Source: an uncultured Acidobacteriota bacterium
Lineage (GTDB): Bacteria; Acidobacteriota; Terriglobia; UBA7540
Assembly (NCBI GenBank): GCA_963804995.1
Contig: CAWDSK010000003.1
Coordinates: forward strand, 192,001 to 256,000
Reading direction: 5' to 3'
DNA: 64,000 nucleotides
A program made the translations under genes and the position numbers. The notes below the pieces were generated by a model. The model worked only from the letters and a program-made list of their open reading frames with translations, did no database searches and had not been told where the DNA came from. Of the stretch, positions 41,101 through 50,780 are shown in pieces (the first letter of the stretch is position 1; the number at the start of each line of letters is the position of its first letter).

Positions 41101-42555
41101 TTACTCTGGCGGGATCTCCTCAGGATTTGTAAGAGCAATCCCTTCTGCGGGCTCCTCGGAATCCACGTCTCGAAGACTGCGTTTTGGACCCCATGCCCTG
41201 GGAAACTTCTTGGGCAACACCCCAGCACCGGATTTTCGTAACATCCTATCCAGAGCGAGCACGTAGGGGAAAATCGGAGCGCTCAGCATCCAAGCCGCCG
41301 AATAGTAAGCGAACGTCGATTCGCTGATGGAGGAAATGGTGATGAAGAGCAGAACTCCGGGGATATCAGGTGGGATCAAGGACTTGTCGCGTGGCTGGCG
41401 AAAGACGAAATGCTTTGCCGTAACCCACCAAACCACGGTAAGTGCGAGGATGGCCGCTCCACCCCCCAGGACGCCCGTTTGTATCAAGACGTGCAAGAAG
41501 GCGTCGTGAATATGTTGTCCGGACAAGTAGACGCGATCAGCCTGAAAACCAAAGCCCCACCAGGGAGATCTGAGAAAAAGATCCCACCCTTCTACCCAGA
41601 CTCTGGTGCGTCCGGTTATGGAGAGATCGACTTTGCCAGTCCGGGTTAAATAGAGGAAGGCGTGTGAGAAGAATCCCATCACACCCAAAAGACAGGTGGC
41701 GGCAACGCCTGCCGCGACGAAGACCGTGCGTCGGGCCCTTTGCACCCACATAACCAGAAAAGCGCTGGCCACAAACGCCAGAACTTCGGTGCGCCCATTG
41801 GCGATCACGAGGGAATAGAACGAAGCAAGAAATACCACGAACCAGATGAAACGGACAGAGCGCTTGCCCTCCCAAAGGCGGGAAAGAGCCACGATGCCGG
41901 AAATCGCGGCGTACCTTGCAAAACCCGTATTCCGCGAAGCCATCCCGAGTATCTCACCGCTGGCCTGATAGTTCCCCTCCCGAATCTCGCCTTGATAACC
42001 CGTCAAGGCGCCTCGACCCAGGCCTGGAATGACCCCCAATATGCCGAACGTAATGAAAACGCTCACCAGCCAGGTGAAGGTCATTACGTGCCGGAGATCT
42101 GGAAGGGGATTCGGTACCATGACTATCGCCACAAGCATCAACACAATCGACAGATAGGTACAACCAAAGAAAGTGGCATAGGAGGCATTGCTCGATACAA
42201 ACAGGGACGAAGCCAAACCCACAATCGAATAGAAAAACAGCCAGCCGAGTGGCCCGCTGATCCAGGGCGCTAAACGATTGATTCGAGTCATGATGACAAT
42301 AAGGGCGACCCAACCACCCAATATGGGAAAGTAGGCCCTGATACCCTGGATAAAAGCACCGGCAGTGGTCATGAGGCGCGGGTCGAATAAGAGATCGGGA
42401 GCGGCGTTATACCCCGCCCAGAGCAAAGTCCACATTCCGATGCCCATGATGGCATTGGGACTGATCCGCTTTTGAGCCAAGGCCGCCTGAGGCAGTGCGG
42501 CCGCCCTGCTGGCCCGCTGCACCCTGCGGATAGGTCTTGTTACGTCTACACCCAT
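41101..42555 (-). CDS. O-antigen ligase/polymerase (Wzy_C family)
   Basis: Multi-TM; TGRTRVW, PWWGFG, HIHDAFL...GVLG. Confidence 0.8.
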   Translation of the reverse strand: MGVDVTRPIRRVQRASRAAALPQAALAQKRISPNAIMGIGMWTLLWAGYNAAPDLLFDPRLMTTAGAFIQGIRAYFPILGGWVALIVIMTRINRLAPWISGPLGWLFFYSIVGLASSLFVSSNASYATFFGCTYLSIVLMLVAIVMVPNPLPDLRHVMTFTWLVSVFITFGILGVIPGLGRGALTGYQGEIREGNYQASGEILGMASRNTGFARYAAISGIVALSRLWEGKRSVRFIWFVVFLASFYSLVIANGRTEVLAFVASAFLVMWVQRARRTVFVAAGVAATCLLGVMGFFSHAFLYLTRTGKVDLSITGRTRVWVEGWDLFLRSPWWGFGFQADRVYLSGQHIHDAFLHVLIQTGVLGGGAAILALTVVWWVTAKHFVFRQPRDKSLIPPDIPGVLLFITISSISESTFAYYSAAWMLSAPIFPYVLALDRMLRKSGAGVLPKKFPRAWGPKRSLRDVDSEEPAEGIALTNPEEIPPE

Positions 42556-42604
42556 TTAGGCCTCATGGGAAGGTTCTGCCAGCCCTTCCTCGTAAATCCT
42601 TTTT

Positions 42605-43580
42605 TCAACCCAGAGCGGGCCCAACCCGCCGTGGGGGCTTCGGAACAGCAACCCGCCGGACGAGGCGGACGAAACAGCTCGATCCCCCGCGAAAGATTCG
42701 CCCAACCTCCTGGCGGTACCTCGCAGTTGCGGACTGATCGACCGGGTAAATCCCGGTTTTGCGGATGTGAAAGCGACTGCGGTCGATATCCGCATCCGGA
42801 AGAAAAAAGAACCGCCGCTTCATCAGCACGGTGTGGACATACATGACCTCGGCGCCATCACTCGCGCGGTTGATTCTGCCGTGGTCGTAAATGAGAGTTT
42901 CACCCCATTCGAGGTTTTCGCACGCCATGTCCTGGAAGGAGCACCGCAACACCCCATCGCGCTCGAGTCGCTTCACCACATGCGTGAAACTATCCACATC
43001 GCCCTTGAGGGCGAGGACATCTGCCCCGCCTGAAACAGCTTTGTAGAGATGCGCTCCCAGTTCATCAAAGAGCTGGTTGGCGGGAGTCGTAAACACCCGC
43101 TCCCAATCCGCACTCTTCAGAAACGCGGAGTTAACCTCAGAGCAGTTCCTTAGAACACAAAGGGATCCCGAAATCCATCCCTTTCGGCAACTAATAATGT
43201 CGTGACCGTCCAGGAGCGGCCCTAGAAATCGAGCCACATCGCCATAGATCACATCGAGGTCGCCAAATGCCCAGAATGCATAGTCACTAAGATACTCGTG
43301 GAAAATCACCCCGTAGGCAGGCCTGAAATCGCACAGTTTGAAGGCCGCGGGTACCTGAATCGGGATACCCAAAGTGCGGGAGGCAAGCTCACTGAACCCC
43401 GCAAGTGTGAAAGCATGTACTTTCACATTGGGGGGGAGAGGAACCGCAGGGGAGCTCATCCGTGAAGAGCAATACATCAAGATCGTAAGCATGCCCGACG
43501 GATTCGAAGTAAAAGGTTGCAATGTCCGGCAGGCTCCCAAAATAGGGCATCAGCATGGCGATCTTAGTGGGGCTTTGCAT
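42605..43580 (-). CDS. DUF6625-like putative glycosyltransferase, +1 indel in C-run at ~43450
   Basis: MPYFGSLP..DVLLFTD in one frame, then KLCDFRPAYG..FWAFGDLDVIYGD. Confidence 0.7.
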
Positions 43581-43681
43581 CTTTATGTTTGCAACCCTGG
43601 GAGCTGCCACCGTCGGCGCTCCCTTCGGTTCATTCCGGAATCATTCTACTTCATCAAGGAGGGCAGCCGTCCCGGCCTGGG

Positions 43682-43770
43682 GGTAGTGGGTCAATTTGAT
43701 GTAGAGGCGGCTTTACGCCGCCATTTGGCGAGGTAAACTCGCCGCTACGCCATCAAATTGACCCACTACT
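43682..43770. mobile_element. MITE with GGTAGTG-type TIRs and 8-bp TSD carrying a GTAG REP doublet
   Basis: 19-bp perfect inverted repeat GTAGTGGGTCAATTTGATG; flanks GGCCTGGG / GGTCTGGG. Confidence 0.8.
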
Positions 43771-43798
43771 GGTCTGGGACTGAACGGCTCCCCAGCCT

Positions 43799-45103
43799 TC
43801 AAGCGATCTCCACGGGGGCGCCCAAGGCTTTCTGGTAAATCTTCAGGAGGCGGTCCCCGAGCTTGTCCCAGTCATAGACCTCTTCCGCACGCCGTCGCGC
43901 CGCTTGACCCATTTTCGCGCAGAGTTCACGATCTTTATACAATCGTTCCAGAGCTTGGGCCATAAGTTCGATGGACTCATCCGGCGAGCGGGCCGGAATC
44001 CTGATGCCGCATTCATCCGTAACGTGAGTGGCGGGGCCAGCCAGGTCCATGCAGATCACAGCAATCCCCGCGGCCATGGCTTCCACCACCACGGCGCCTC
44101 CACCGTCGCGAAGGCTGGGGAACAGGAACACATCGCAGCGGGGCATCAGGCCCAGCAGTTCCTGGCGGGGCATCCATTTCTCCAGATGGACTTGTCTTTC
44201 AAGGGCCAGATCGCGAACCAAACCCTCCAGGCGGGGGCGCTCGGGACCATCACCCACAAGGGTGAATTTCACGTCCGCGTGATGCTTGGCAAACAACGCG
44301 AACGCCCGGATGGCCAAGGAGTACCCCTTAAGACCAAGCAGCTTTCCTGCCGAGAGCACCTGGAAAGGCCGGGTGGGCACGCTGTTGCCCTCCGATACTG
44401 CAACTCCCCCTCCCAGCCTGTTCCCGGCAAAGACCTCCAAGTCCTCCTTGGAGATGCCGTTGACGGGGAACAATTGGACTTTATCTCTCCAGCGAGCGGG
44501 AACCGCATTAACCGCTTCCCGATTGCAAAGTAGGATCCCCCGCGCGCGCCCCTGACCCCGCATGAAAAAGGGATCGTGCCGCAACACCCACTGTCCGAAA
44601 CTGCGGAAGCGCTCCCAAAGACGGGCGCTGGACGAGTATTCCTGCAAGAAGGCGTCCGGCGTCCGATGCGCCCCACCGCCCGGTCCGCGTAAATAAGGAA
44701 CGGGCAGAAGCGCGCCGAGGAAGCTTGCCATCCAGTCATTCGCGTAAGTCACATGATGAAAGGCGTTAAAATTGATCTGGCGGTGAAGCCTGCGTCCCAG
44801 GAAATAGGCGCGCAACTGCCACAGATAGGCGTAGAACTGAATTCCACCTTGCACGGACTTCAAGCGTTCGAGCCATCCCGGAAGGCTAAAGTAGCAGAAA
44901 TGCAGATGGCTTGATCCCTCTGGTTGCGCCCCCTGTTCTATGGCCTGCCGGCTCCGGGAATGGGTGAGAACCCAGACATCGTGAAACCGCCCCAACTGCT
45001 GAACAACATTCCATCCCAAAATCAGCTCCCCGCCCCCAAACTGCTCGGAGGCCCCTCCGGGCGCACAAGCAAACGCTGAAACCAGGACGCGGAATCTCGC
45101 CAT
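43799..45103 (-). CDS. GT4 glycosyltransferase
   Basis: KGYSLAIRAF, LVGDGPE, FLFPSLRDGGGAVVVEAMAAG. Confidence 0.9.
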   Translation of the reverse strand: MARFRVLVSAFACAPGGASEQFGGGELILGWNVVQQLGRFHDVWVLTHSRSRQAIEQGAQPEGSSHLHFCYFSLPGWLERLKSVQGGIQFYAYLWQLRAYFLGRRLHRQINFNAFHHVTYANDWMASFLGALLPVPYLRGPGGGAHRTPDAFLQEYSSSARLWERFRSFGQWVLRHDPFFMRGQGRARGILLCNREAVNAVPARWRDKVQLFPVNGISKEDLEVFAGNRLGGGVAVSEGNSVPTRPFQVLSAGKLLGLKGYSLAIRAFALFAKHHADVKFTLVGDGPERPRLEGLVRDLALERQVHLEKWMPRQELLGLMPRCDVFLFPSLRDGGGAVVVEAMAAGIAVICMDLAGPATHVTDECGIRIPARSPDESIELMAQALERLYKDRELCAKMGQAARRRAEEVYDWDKLGDRLLKIYQKALGAPVEIA

Positions 45104-45218
45104 AAGAGTATCTTGTGTATTATCCCACGGGTTTGAGCCCGCGTGGAGAGGTTGAGAGAAAAGCGACAAGATTAGCGCTGACTCACCGCAGGGGCGCCGC
45201 ATGGAGCGCGACAGCTCC

Positions 45219-46100
45219 TCAAGATTTATAGGCCACAAGATGGTACGTCGTTTCAGAGGGATGCTGCTCCATGCGGTCGTATCCCAGCGACGTCAACAAC
45301 ACCTGAATGTCGCCCGGTTTCACTTCCGGGGGCAGAAACTGCGGGTGAACCTCACAGCAGACCATTCGGCAACGCGGATCGGCGAGGGTCTGGCGAAGAC
45401 CTCTCATCACAGCATATTCAAAACCCTCCACATCGATCTTGACGGCACAGGGCGCCGGCAATCCCTGGGCTTCGACAAACGGGTCGCCCTGCACAACCTC
45501 AACAATCTGGAAAGGTACAGCATCCTTGTCTGCAGCCCCCTCGATAGCGCCCGCCAGCAGGCTGAAATTAGCGATGACGTTACCAATGTAGAGCTTCTCC
45601 TGGGAATTGCGCTCGCCCACGGCTTTTTGGAACGGGCGGACGTTGGCGAGATTGTTCAACTTGATATTCTCCAGGAGCTGCCCAAAGGTCCCCGGGTGGG
45701 GTTCAAACGCCACCACCATCCCTTTTTCTCCCACTGCCTTGGCGAGCAATACCGTGTAGACGCCCACATTGCTCCCAACGTCGTAAACGGTGTCTCCTGG
45801 TTTAAGCGAGTTCACCATGAGGTCAAGGGTGGGCTCCAAGCTGCCCGCCTCCACGGCGCGTAACTGTTCGGGAGTGCGGGTGATGAAATCAGCGGAGACG
45901 CTCCCCTTTTCCACCCGCAGGACGCCCTTACGTGACAGGACCAGATAGTGGTAAACCTTCCTCCCCGGAGTGCGCAGGCCAAGACCTCTGATGGCGCGGA
46001 TGAACCAGGGATTGTAAGACAGTCTGCGAATAATTCCGGGTAACGCCATACCTTCATCCTTGGCGACGCCCACTGGCAGTCGCACGAAAGTTTTTTCCAC
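45219..46100 (-). CDS. FkbM family methyltransferase (start uncertain)
   Basis: YDVGSNVG, AFEPHP, KIDVEGFE. Confidence 0.9.
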   Translation of the reverse strand: MEKTFVRLPVGVAKDEGMALPGIIRRLSYNPWFIRAIRGLGLRTPGRKVYHYLVLSRKGVLRVEKGSVSADFITRTPEQLRAVEAGSLEPTLDLMVNSLKPGDTVYDVGSNVGVYTVLLAKAVGEKGMVVAFEPHPGTFGQLLENIKLNNLANVRPFQKAVGERNSQEKLYIGNVIANFSLLAGAIEGAADKDAVPFQIVEVVQGDPFVEAQGLPAPCAVKIDVEGFEYAVMRGLRQTLADPRCRMVCCEVHPQFLPPEVKPGDIQVLLTSLGYDRMEQHPSETTYHLVAYKS

Positions 46101-46104
46101 ACCC

Positions 46105-47025
46105 CTAGACGGGCCTTAAGCCGTCTTGAGCCACCAGCACCAGACCCGCCAGGTTCCCCGCAACCCGCCTGAAGCTTGAGGCGTCAAGCGTCCTAACGCC
46201 CTCGACCAGGGTAAGTAGCGTGCGCACGAGGAGCCTAAAGCAGCATTGCGGACGCGAGAACTCCCGATGTTTATTGACAATGTAGAGTCGATTGATGACT
46301 TCCTTCTTGCCAAATAGATACCAATCCGGACGTCCAACTTTGGATGGGTAGTGATAGAAGCGCGCCTCAGCAACCACCGCCAGCCTGTACTTCTTCCTGA
46401 TTCGGTAACTGAATTCCAAATCCTCCAAATAGCTATATCCCGCGAAGAACTCATCAAATGAGTAAATTTCAAGAAGGTGCTTCCGATACGTCACGCAGTA
46501 GGTGGGAATCCAGTCGACGTAAGTAGTTTCTGAAATATGGCGGAGGGGGACCTGAAAGCCGGAACGCAGCACGGCTCCCTTTTTAGTTCCGTAAAACCCC
46601 AAGCTGGAGGCCAGCTTCGACCTCTTGAGCCAGGAAGCAAAGTCCGGCGGGTCGTTCAAAACGTTCAGACTCACTCCCCCCACGTCCTCGGGCGCATTCC
46701 CCCAAAACCGCAGCGTGGCCTCGAGCGCTTGAGGTTCCAGGACGATATCGTCGTCCATGAATCCAATCAAGTCGATCTTCGGCCCTACAAATTGCATGCC
46801 GCAGTTTCTTTTTGCCGAAGCCGACCCACGCGGGAAGGTGGTCACCAGGATGTTCAACTGAGGGAACTCCCGTGCCAGTGTGTTGCCCTCCCCCGCCTCA
46901 TCCACGAGAACCACTTGATCCGGCAAGCAGGTCTGCGTGGCCAGGCTCTGGAGCATCTTGCGAAGCTCCTCGCAACGGCCGACGGTGGGAATGATTACAG
47001 CCAGCTTGTTTACGAAACCAGGCAT
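46105..47025 (-). CDS. GT2 glycosyltransferase
   Basis: IIPTVGR, FMDDD, EDLEFSYR. Confidence 0.88.
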   Translation of the reverse strand: MPGFVNKLAVIIPTVGRCEELRKMLQSLATQTCLPDQVVLVDEAGEGNTLAREFPQLNILVTTFPRGSASAKRNCGMQFVGPKIDLIGFMDDDIVLEPQALEATLRFWGNAPEDVGGVSLNVLNDPPDFASWLKRSKLASSLGFYGTKKGAVLRSGFQVPLRHISETTYVDWIPTYCVTYRKHLLEIYSFDEFFAGYSYLEDLEFSYRIRKKYRLAVVAEARFYHYPSKVGRPDWYLFGKKEVINRLYIVNKHREFSRPQCCFRLLVRTLLTLVEGVRTLDASSFRRVAGNLAGLVLVAQDGLRPV

Positions 47026-47168
47026 TGCGAGGTCTCTTCTAACTCCTTACGCCCTCCTGGGAGCGGCAGTGGTTTATAGCCATGCTGGCGGATAAGCTAT
47101 GGCCATGCAATCTGCGATAGAACCGCTGAGGGCGTCACTCCAGGATTCAGGAATTTCCGGTCGCCTTC

Positions 47169-47396
47169 CTAGCCTCCTGAGTCAGAAGTTCGCTGACAAA
47201 GTCTCACTGGGTTCAAAGGCGACCCCCTCACCCGTCCCGCCCCGGCTGATGAAAACGCCGGCGGCGGTCCACCCTCTCCCCCAAGGGGGCGAGGGCAGTA
47301 AATTCAAATGAACTCCCCCCTCGGTCGCCGCGGCGACAGAGGGGCCGGGGGAGGGGGTTCTCCAATAATCAGCGAACTTCTGACTCGGGACACTAA
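47169..47396. mobile_element. MITE with GAGTCAGAAGTTCGCTGA TIRs and CTAG/CTAA flanks carrying a family A core (47221-47358)
   Basis: 18-bp perfect inverted match near both ends. Confidence 0.75.
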
Positions 47397-48523
47397 CTAT
47401 CAGCTACTTTCCACTTCCCTTCTACTCCCCTGAAACCGTCAAGCACCCCGCAGGCGATGCCGCGAGCGACATCTGGCCTGCCACGACTCAGGACCTTGAC
47501 AATCCGGCCAAAACACACCGGCAAGTTGAATAGGTGAAATAATACCCACCAATGAAGGGGCAGGAAATCACCGGCCAGTTCGATGCGGTTGCGCGTCGCG
47601 TAGTAATAACGGTGCGGGTTGAGCGGAGAACGCGCGATGCGGTCACTCTTATGCCGCACAGAACCCTTTCGGGTTACAAAACTGCGATACCCTGCCAAGC
47701 TGCTCCGGTAGCAGAACTCGAACTCCCAGCCGTCCCAAAATAGACCCGCCGCCAGGTAGCGGCCCGTGGCAAGATGCACGGTTTCAAGCGCGTCCCGGCG
47801 CATGAGCATCGAGGGACCGCTCACCCCCGCGGAAGGCCAGTAGTCGACGTCTTCTGGCGGCAGGGGCAAGTCCCCCCTGACCAACGGGCTAAAGAACCAC
47901 CGAAGCAGCGTCTTTCTTTCGGCATACTGGAGTTCCCCGGTTTCCGCGTCTACAACTGTTCCCCCGATGATGCCCGCATTTTCTTTGTGGTCAAGTTCCA
48001 CCACATTGGTAAGGGTATCCTTCTCAATCTTGGCATCATTATCCAACAAGAAGACGTAGTCCGCGGGCTGTGTCCTCCGCAAGGCATAATCGATGCCGAG
48101 ATTGATACCCCCAGGGTGTCCGTAATTGGCGGAGGTCTTGATCAGCACGGCCCTTTTCGCGGGCAGTGCGGCAGCGAGAGACTGCTCCTGGACAGCCTCT
48201 CCCCCCGCTCGAGCGACTGCTTCTGTGTACTCAACCAGCAGGTAGCCCTCGCTCTTTTGCGCCCATTCCTTCAGGCGCAAAGCGGAATCATCCTGAGAAC
48301 CATTATCAACGACAATCAACAGGTAGTCCGGGTAATCGAGATGGCGCACGGATTCCATGCACTCAACCGTGTCGCGCCACCCGTTCCAGTTCACGGTGAC
48401 GATGGCGACCCTGCGGTTCTGGCCTGACGGTCCTGAAGTTTCTGTAACCACAGTATTTTCTCCTCGGAACACTTGCCGAAGAACTTCAATGAGCGCACCG
48501 GGCGCGACGATGTCGAGACCCAA
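47393..48523 (-). CDS. GT2 glycosyltransferase (start uncertain)
   Basis: VNWNG, VVDNGS, LLDND, YYATRNR. Confidence 0.88.
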   Translation of the reverse strand: MGLDIVAPGALIEVLRQVFRGENTVVTETSGPSGQNRRVAIVTVNWNGWRDTVECMESVRHLDYPDYLLIVVDNGSQDDSALRLKEWAQKSEGYLLVEYTEAVARAGGEAVQEQSLAAALPAKRAVLIKTSANYGHPGGINLGIDYALRRTQPADYVFLLDNDAKIEKDTLTNVVELDHKENAGIIGGTVVDAETGELQYAERKTLLRWFFSPLVRGDLPLPPEDVDYWPSAGVSGPSMLMRRDALETVHLATGRYLAAGLFWDGWEFEFCYRSSLAGYRSFVTRKGSVRHKSDRIARSPLNPHRYYYATRNRIELAGDFLPLHWWVLFHLFNLPVCFGRIVKVLSRGRPDVARGIACGVLDGFRGVEGKWKVADS

Positions 48524-48625
48524 TCTCCATTTTGGTCTTTGGTTGCCAATTCCCCCCGGCCAAAAGGACGTGGGACAGGAACAACGGTGATTTCGTCCTC
48601 GTCTTAGGCGTTTGTAAATTCCCTT

Positions 48626-49606
48626 TCACCCCTGTGAGGCATCCTTGCGTGCGACCATATGTATCTGTTCTCCTCGCTCCCTCAGGACCATGTCTGTGAA
48701 TCCTAAGGATTTCACTTCGTCGATGATGAGCTGGGGAGTTGTCCCGCCGGGAAGAAAGGCGGGATGGATCTCACAGCAAAGTAGTCTGCAAGACGCATTT
48801 CTCAAAGTCCGGGTCAACCCGCGTATGACATGAAATTCATATCCTTCTACATCGATTTTGACCGCTTGGGGAATGGGCAGACCCTCGCGATCCATCACCT
48901 GATCCCCCACCTCGACGCTTACTGATTCCAGACCGGATGCGGCACTGGGCGCCGCTGTCGAAACGGTTTCCTGATCTTGCGACAAAGCATGCAGCAGCGA
49001 AGGGCAGGTTCCATCGTTCCATGAGAGGCGGCCTGCTCTATGATCATCACCCAGCGCCGTCCTCAAAATACGCACGTTCGAGAATCCGTTCAATCTCAGG
49101 TTCGCCTCAAGTTGCGCGCAGGCGCTGGTTTCAGGCTCCACGGCTACGACAAGACCGCCGCTCCCAACCACCTTTGCCATGGGAACACTGAACTGCCCAA
49201 GGTTGCTTCCCACATCGAGAAATACGTCTCCTTCCGCAAGCGACGACAACAGCGCATCAAGAAAATCCCTCTCGTAGCTCACGAAATACTGTTCGATCAC
49301 CCTGTATTCCAAGGCGGAACGAACGTGGAAGAGGACGTGGAGTCTTCCCAGGTCCACCCTCAGGATTCTGTGCTTCCCTCCTGTCACCCACGGATAACAC
49401 TTTCGCAGTATATTCGTAAGGTGAAGGCGTCGGGCTACAGCCAGAAAGCGCGGGTTGTAACTGAACTCCTTGAGAATTCGCATGGGGTTAACCAAAGCGG
49501 TCGAAAACCACGATTTTCTCGCGTTTGCTTCCATGGTATCCCTTCCGTACAGCCGTGCAATGACACTCCTCATGGCCCATGCCTCCCCCCGTTGGGTCGG
49601 CGACAT
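48626..49606 (-). CDS. FkbM family methyltransferase (start uncertain)
   Basis: LDVGSNLG, AVEPE, KIDVEGYE. Confidence 0.9.
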   Translation of the reverse strand: MSPTQRGEAWAMRSVIARLYGRDTMEANARKSWFSTALVNPMRILKEFSYNPRFLAVARRLHLTNILRKCYPWVTGGKHRILRVDLGRLHVLFHVRSALEYRVIEQYFVSYERDFLDALLSSLAEGDVFLDVGSNLGQFSVPMAKVVGSGGLVVAVEPETSACAQLEANLRLNGFSNVRILRTALGDDHRAGRLSWNDGTCPSLLHALSQDQETVSTAAPSAASGLESVSVEVGDQVMDREGLPIPQAVKIDVEGYEFHVIRGLTRTLRNASCRLLCCEIHPAFLPGGTTPQLIIDEVKSLGFTDMVLRERGEQIHMVARKDASQG

Positions 49607-49664
49607 CGGTCCAAGTCGCTTTATGACGCGCGCTGAGCCAGCATGAGCAGGACCAGGTTAAGCA

Positions 49665-50756
49665 TTAATCCCCGAGGGCCCTTTGTGCCTCCCGGTCGTG
49701 GCATCCCCATTTTCCACCGATTCCCCGGTAGCCATCCACAAAGCCGCGACAGACTGCCCACGCACTGCCAGGGCGCCCCCGCCACAGACTCCTTACCACG
49801 CGTCCCAAGCAGGAAGGTATGTTCATGAGGTAGAAGACCATGCGAAGATGCCAAGGCAACAGATGCTGAGCCAGGCGGATTCGATTGCGGGCGCAGTAGT
49901 AGTTCCAGAGCGGGCCGTACACTCCCCCGGTCCCGCTGGCAGCCCGATGATAAATGGCCGCGCCTTTCACCATCACGCTCTTATAGCCATGCTTCCGGGC
50001 CTGCCCGCAGAAGTCAACCTCCTCCAGGTACATGAACATCGCGTCGTCAAGGTAATAGCCGGCGGATTTGTGCACAGCTTCCAGCACATTTCTGTGCATC
50101 ATCATGGCCGCCCCATCGACCCAAAAAGTCATCTTGAGTCCATCCTCGGCCGGCGGCGCGCCCCGGAACAATTTCATGAGAAACGGAAAGAACTGCCCCA
50201 GCAGGGGAAAGGGGCCAATCGGATCAGGGCCTTCCCACAGCACGCGGCCACTTCCCGGCTCCCGGGTTATTGCCCCCACGATGCCGGCGCCCGCCTTTCG
50301 ATCTGCCTCGACAAGCTGGTTCAAGCAGGCCCGGTCAATTGTCGTATCGTTGTTAAGCAGAAACACGTAGTCAGCAGGTTGTGGGCGCCCAAGGGCATAC
50401 TGGATCGTCACATTGTTCCCCCCGGTAAATCCCAGGTTTTCCCCGTTGCGGATCAGGACCAACCGGTCTTTCGAGGCCACAGTATCCAGTGCTGTTTCTT
50501 GAGATTGCACACCGCCTTGGAGCGCCATCTCAGTAGTGTACTCGGCAAAGCCCTGCTGATCCGGCAGGGTTTCCCTGACCCAGGCGCGGAGCCTTTCCAC
50601 CGAGCCGTCAGCAGAGCCATTATCGGCAACCACGGTCAAGTAATTCGAATAATCGAGCTGCCGAATGGACTCCAGGCACTCCAGCGTCGCCTGCCAGCCA
50701 TTCCAGTTCAGGATGCTGATGACAACGCTGGGCTGGGTTTGAGATGCATCAATCAT
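49665..50756 (-). CDS. GT2 glycosyltransferase
   Basis: LNWNG, NLGFTGGNN, LLNND, YLEEVDFC. Confidence 0.9.
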   Translation of the reverse strand: MIDASQTQPSVVISILNWNGWQATLECLESIRQLDYSNYLTVVADNGSADGSVERLRAWVRETLPDQQGFAEYTTEMALQGGVQSQETALDTVASKDRLVLIRNGENLGFTGGNNVTIQYALGRPQPADYVFLLNNDTTIDRACLNQLVEADRKAGAGIVGAITREPGSGRVLWEGPDPIGPFPLLGQFFPFLMKLFRGAPPAEDGLKMTFWVDGAAMMMHRNVLEAVHKSAGYYLDDAMFMYLEEVDFCGQARKHGYKSVMVKGAAIYHRAASGTGGVYGPLWNYYCARNRIRLAQHLLPWHLRMVFYLMNIPSCLGRVVRSLWRGRPGSAWAVCRGFVDGYRGIGGKWGCHDREAQRALGD

Positions 50757-50780
50757 GGGCCGCTACCCGACGGTTGGGCA

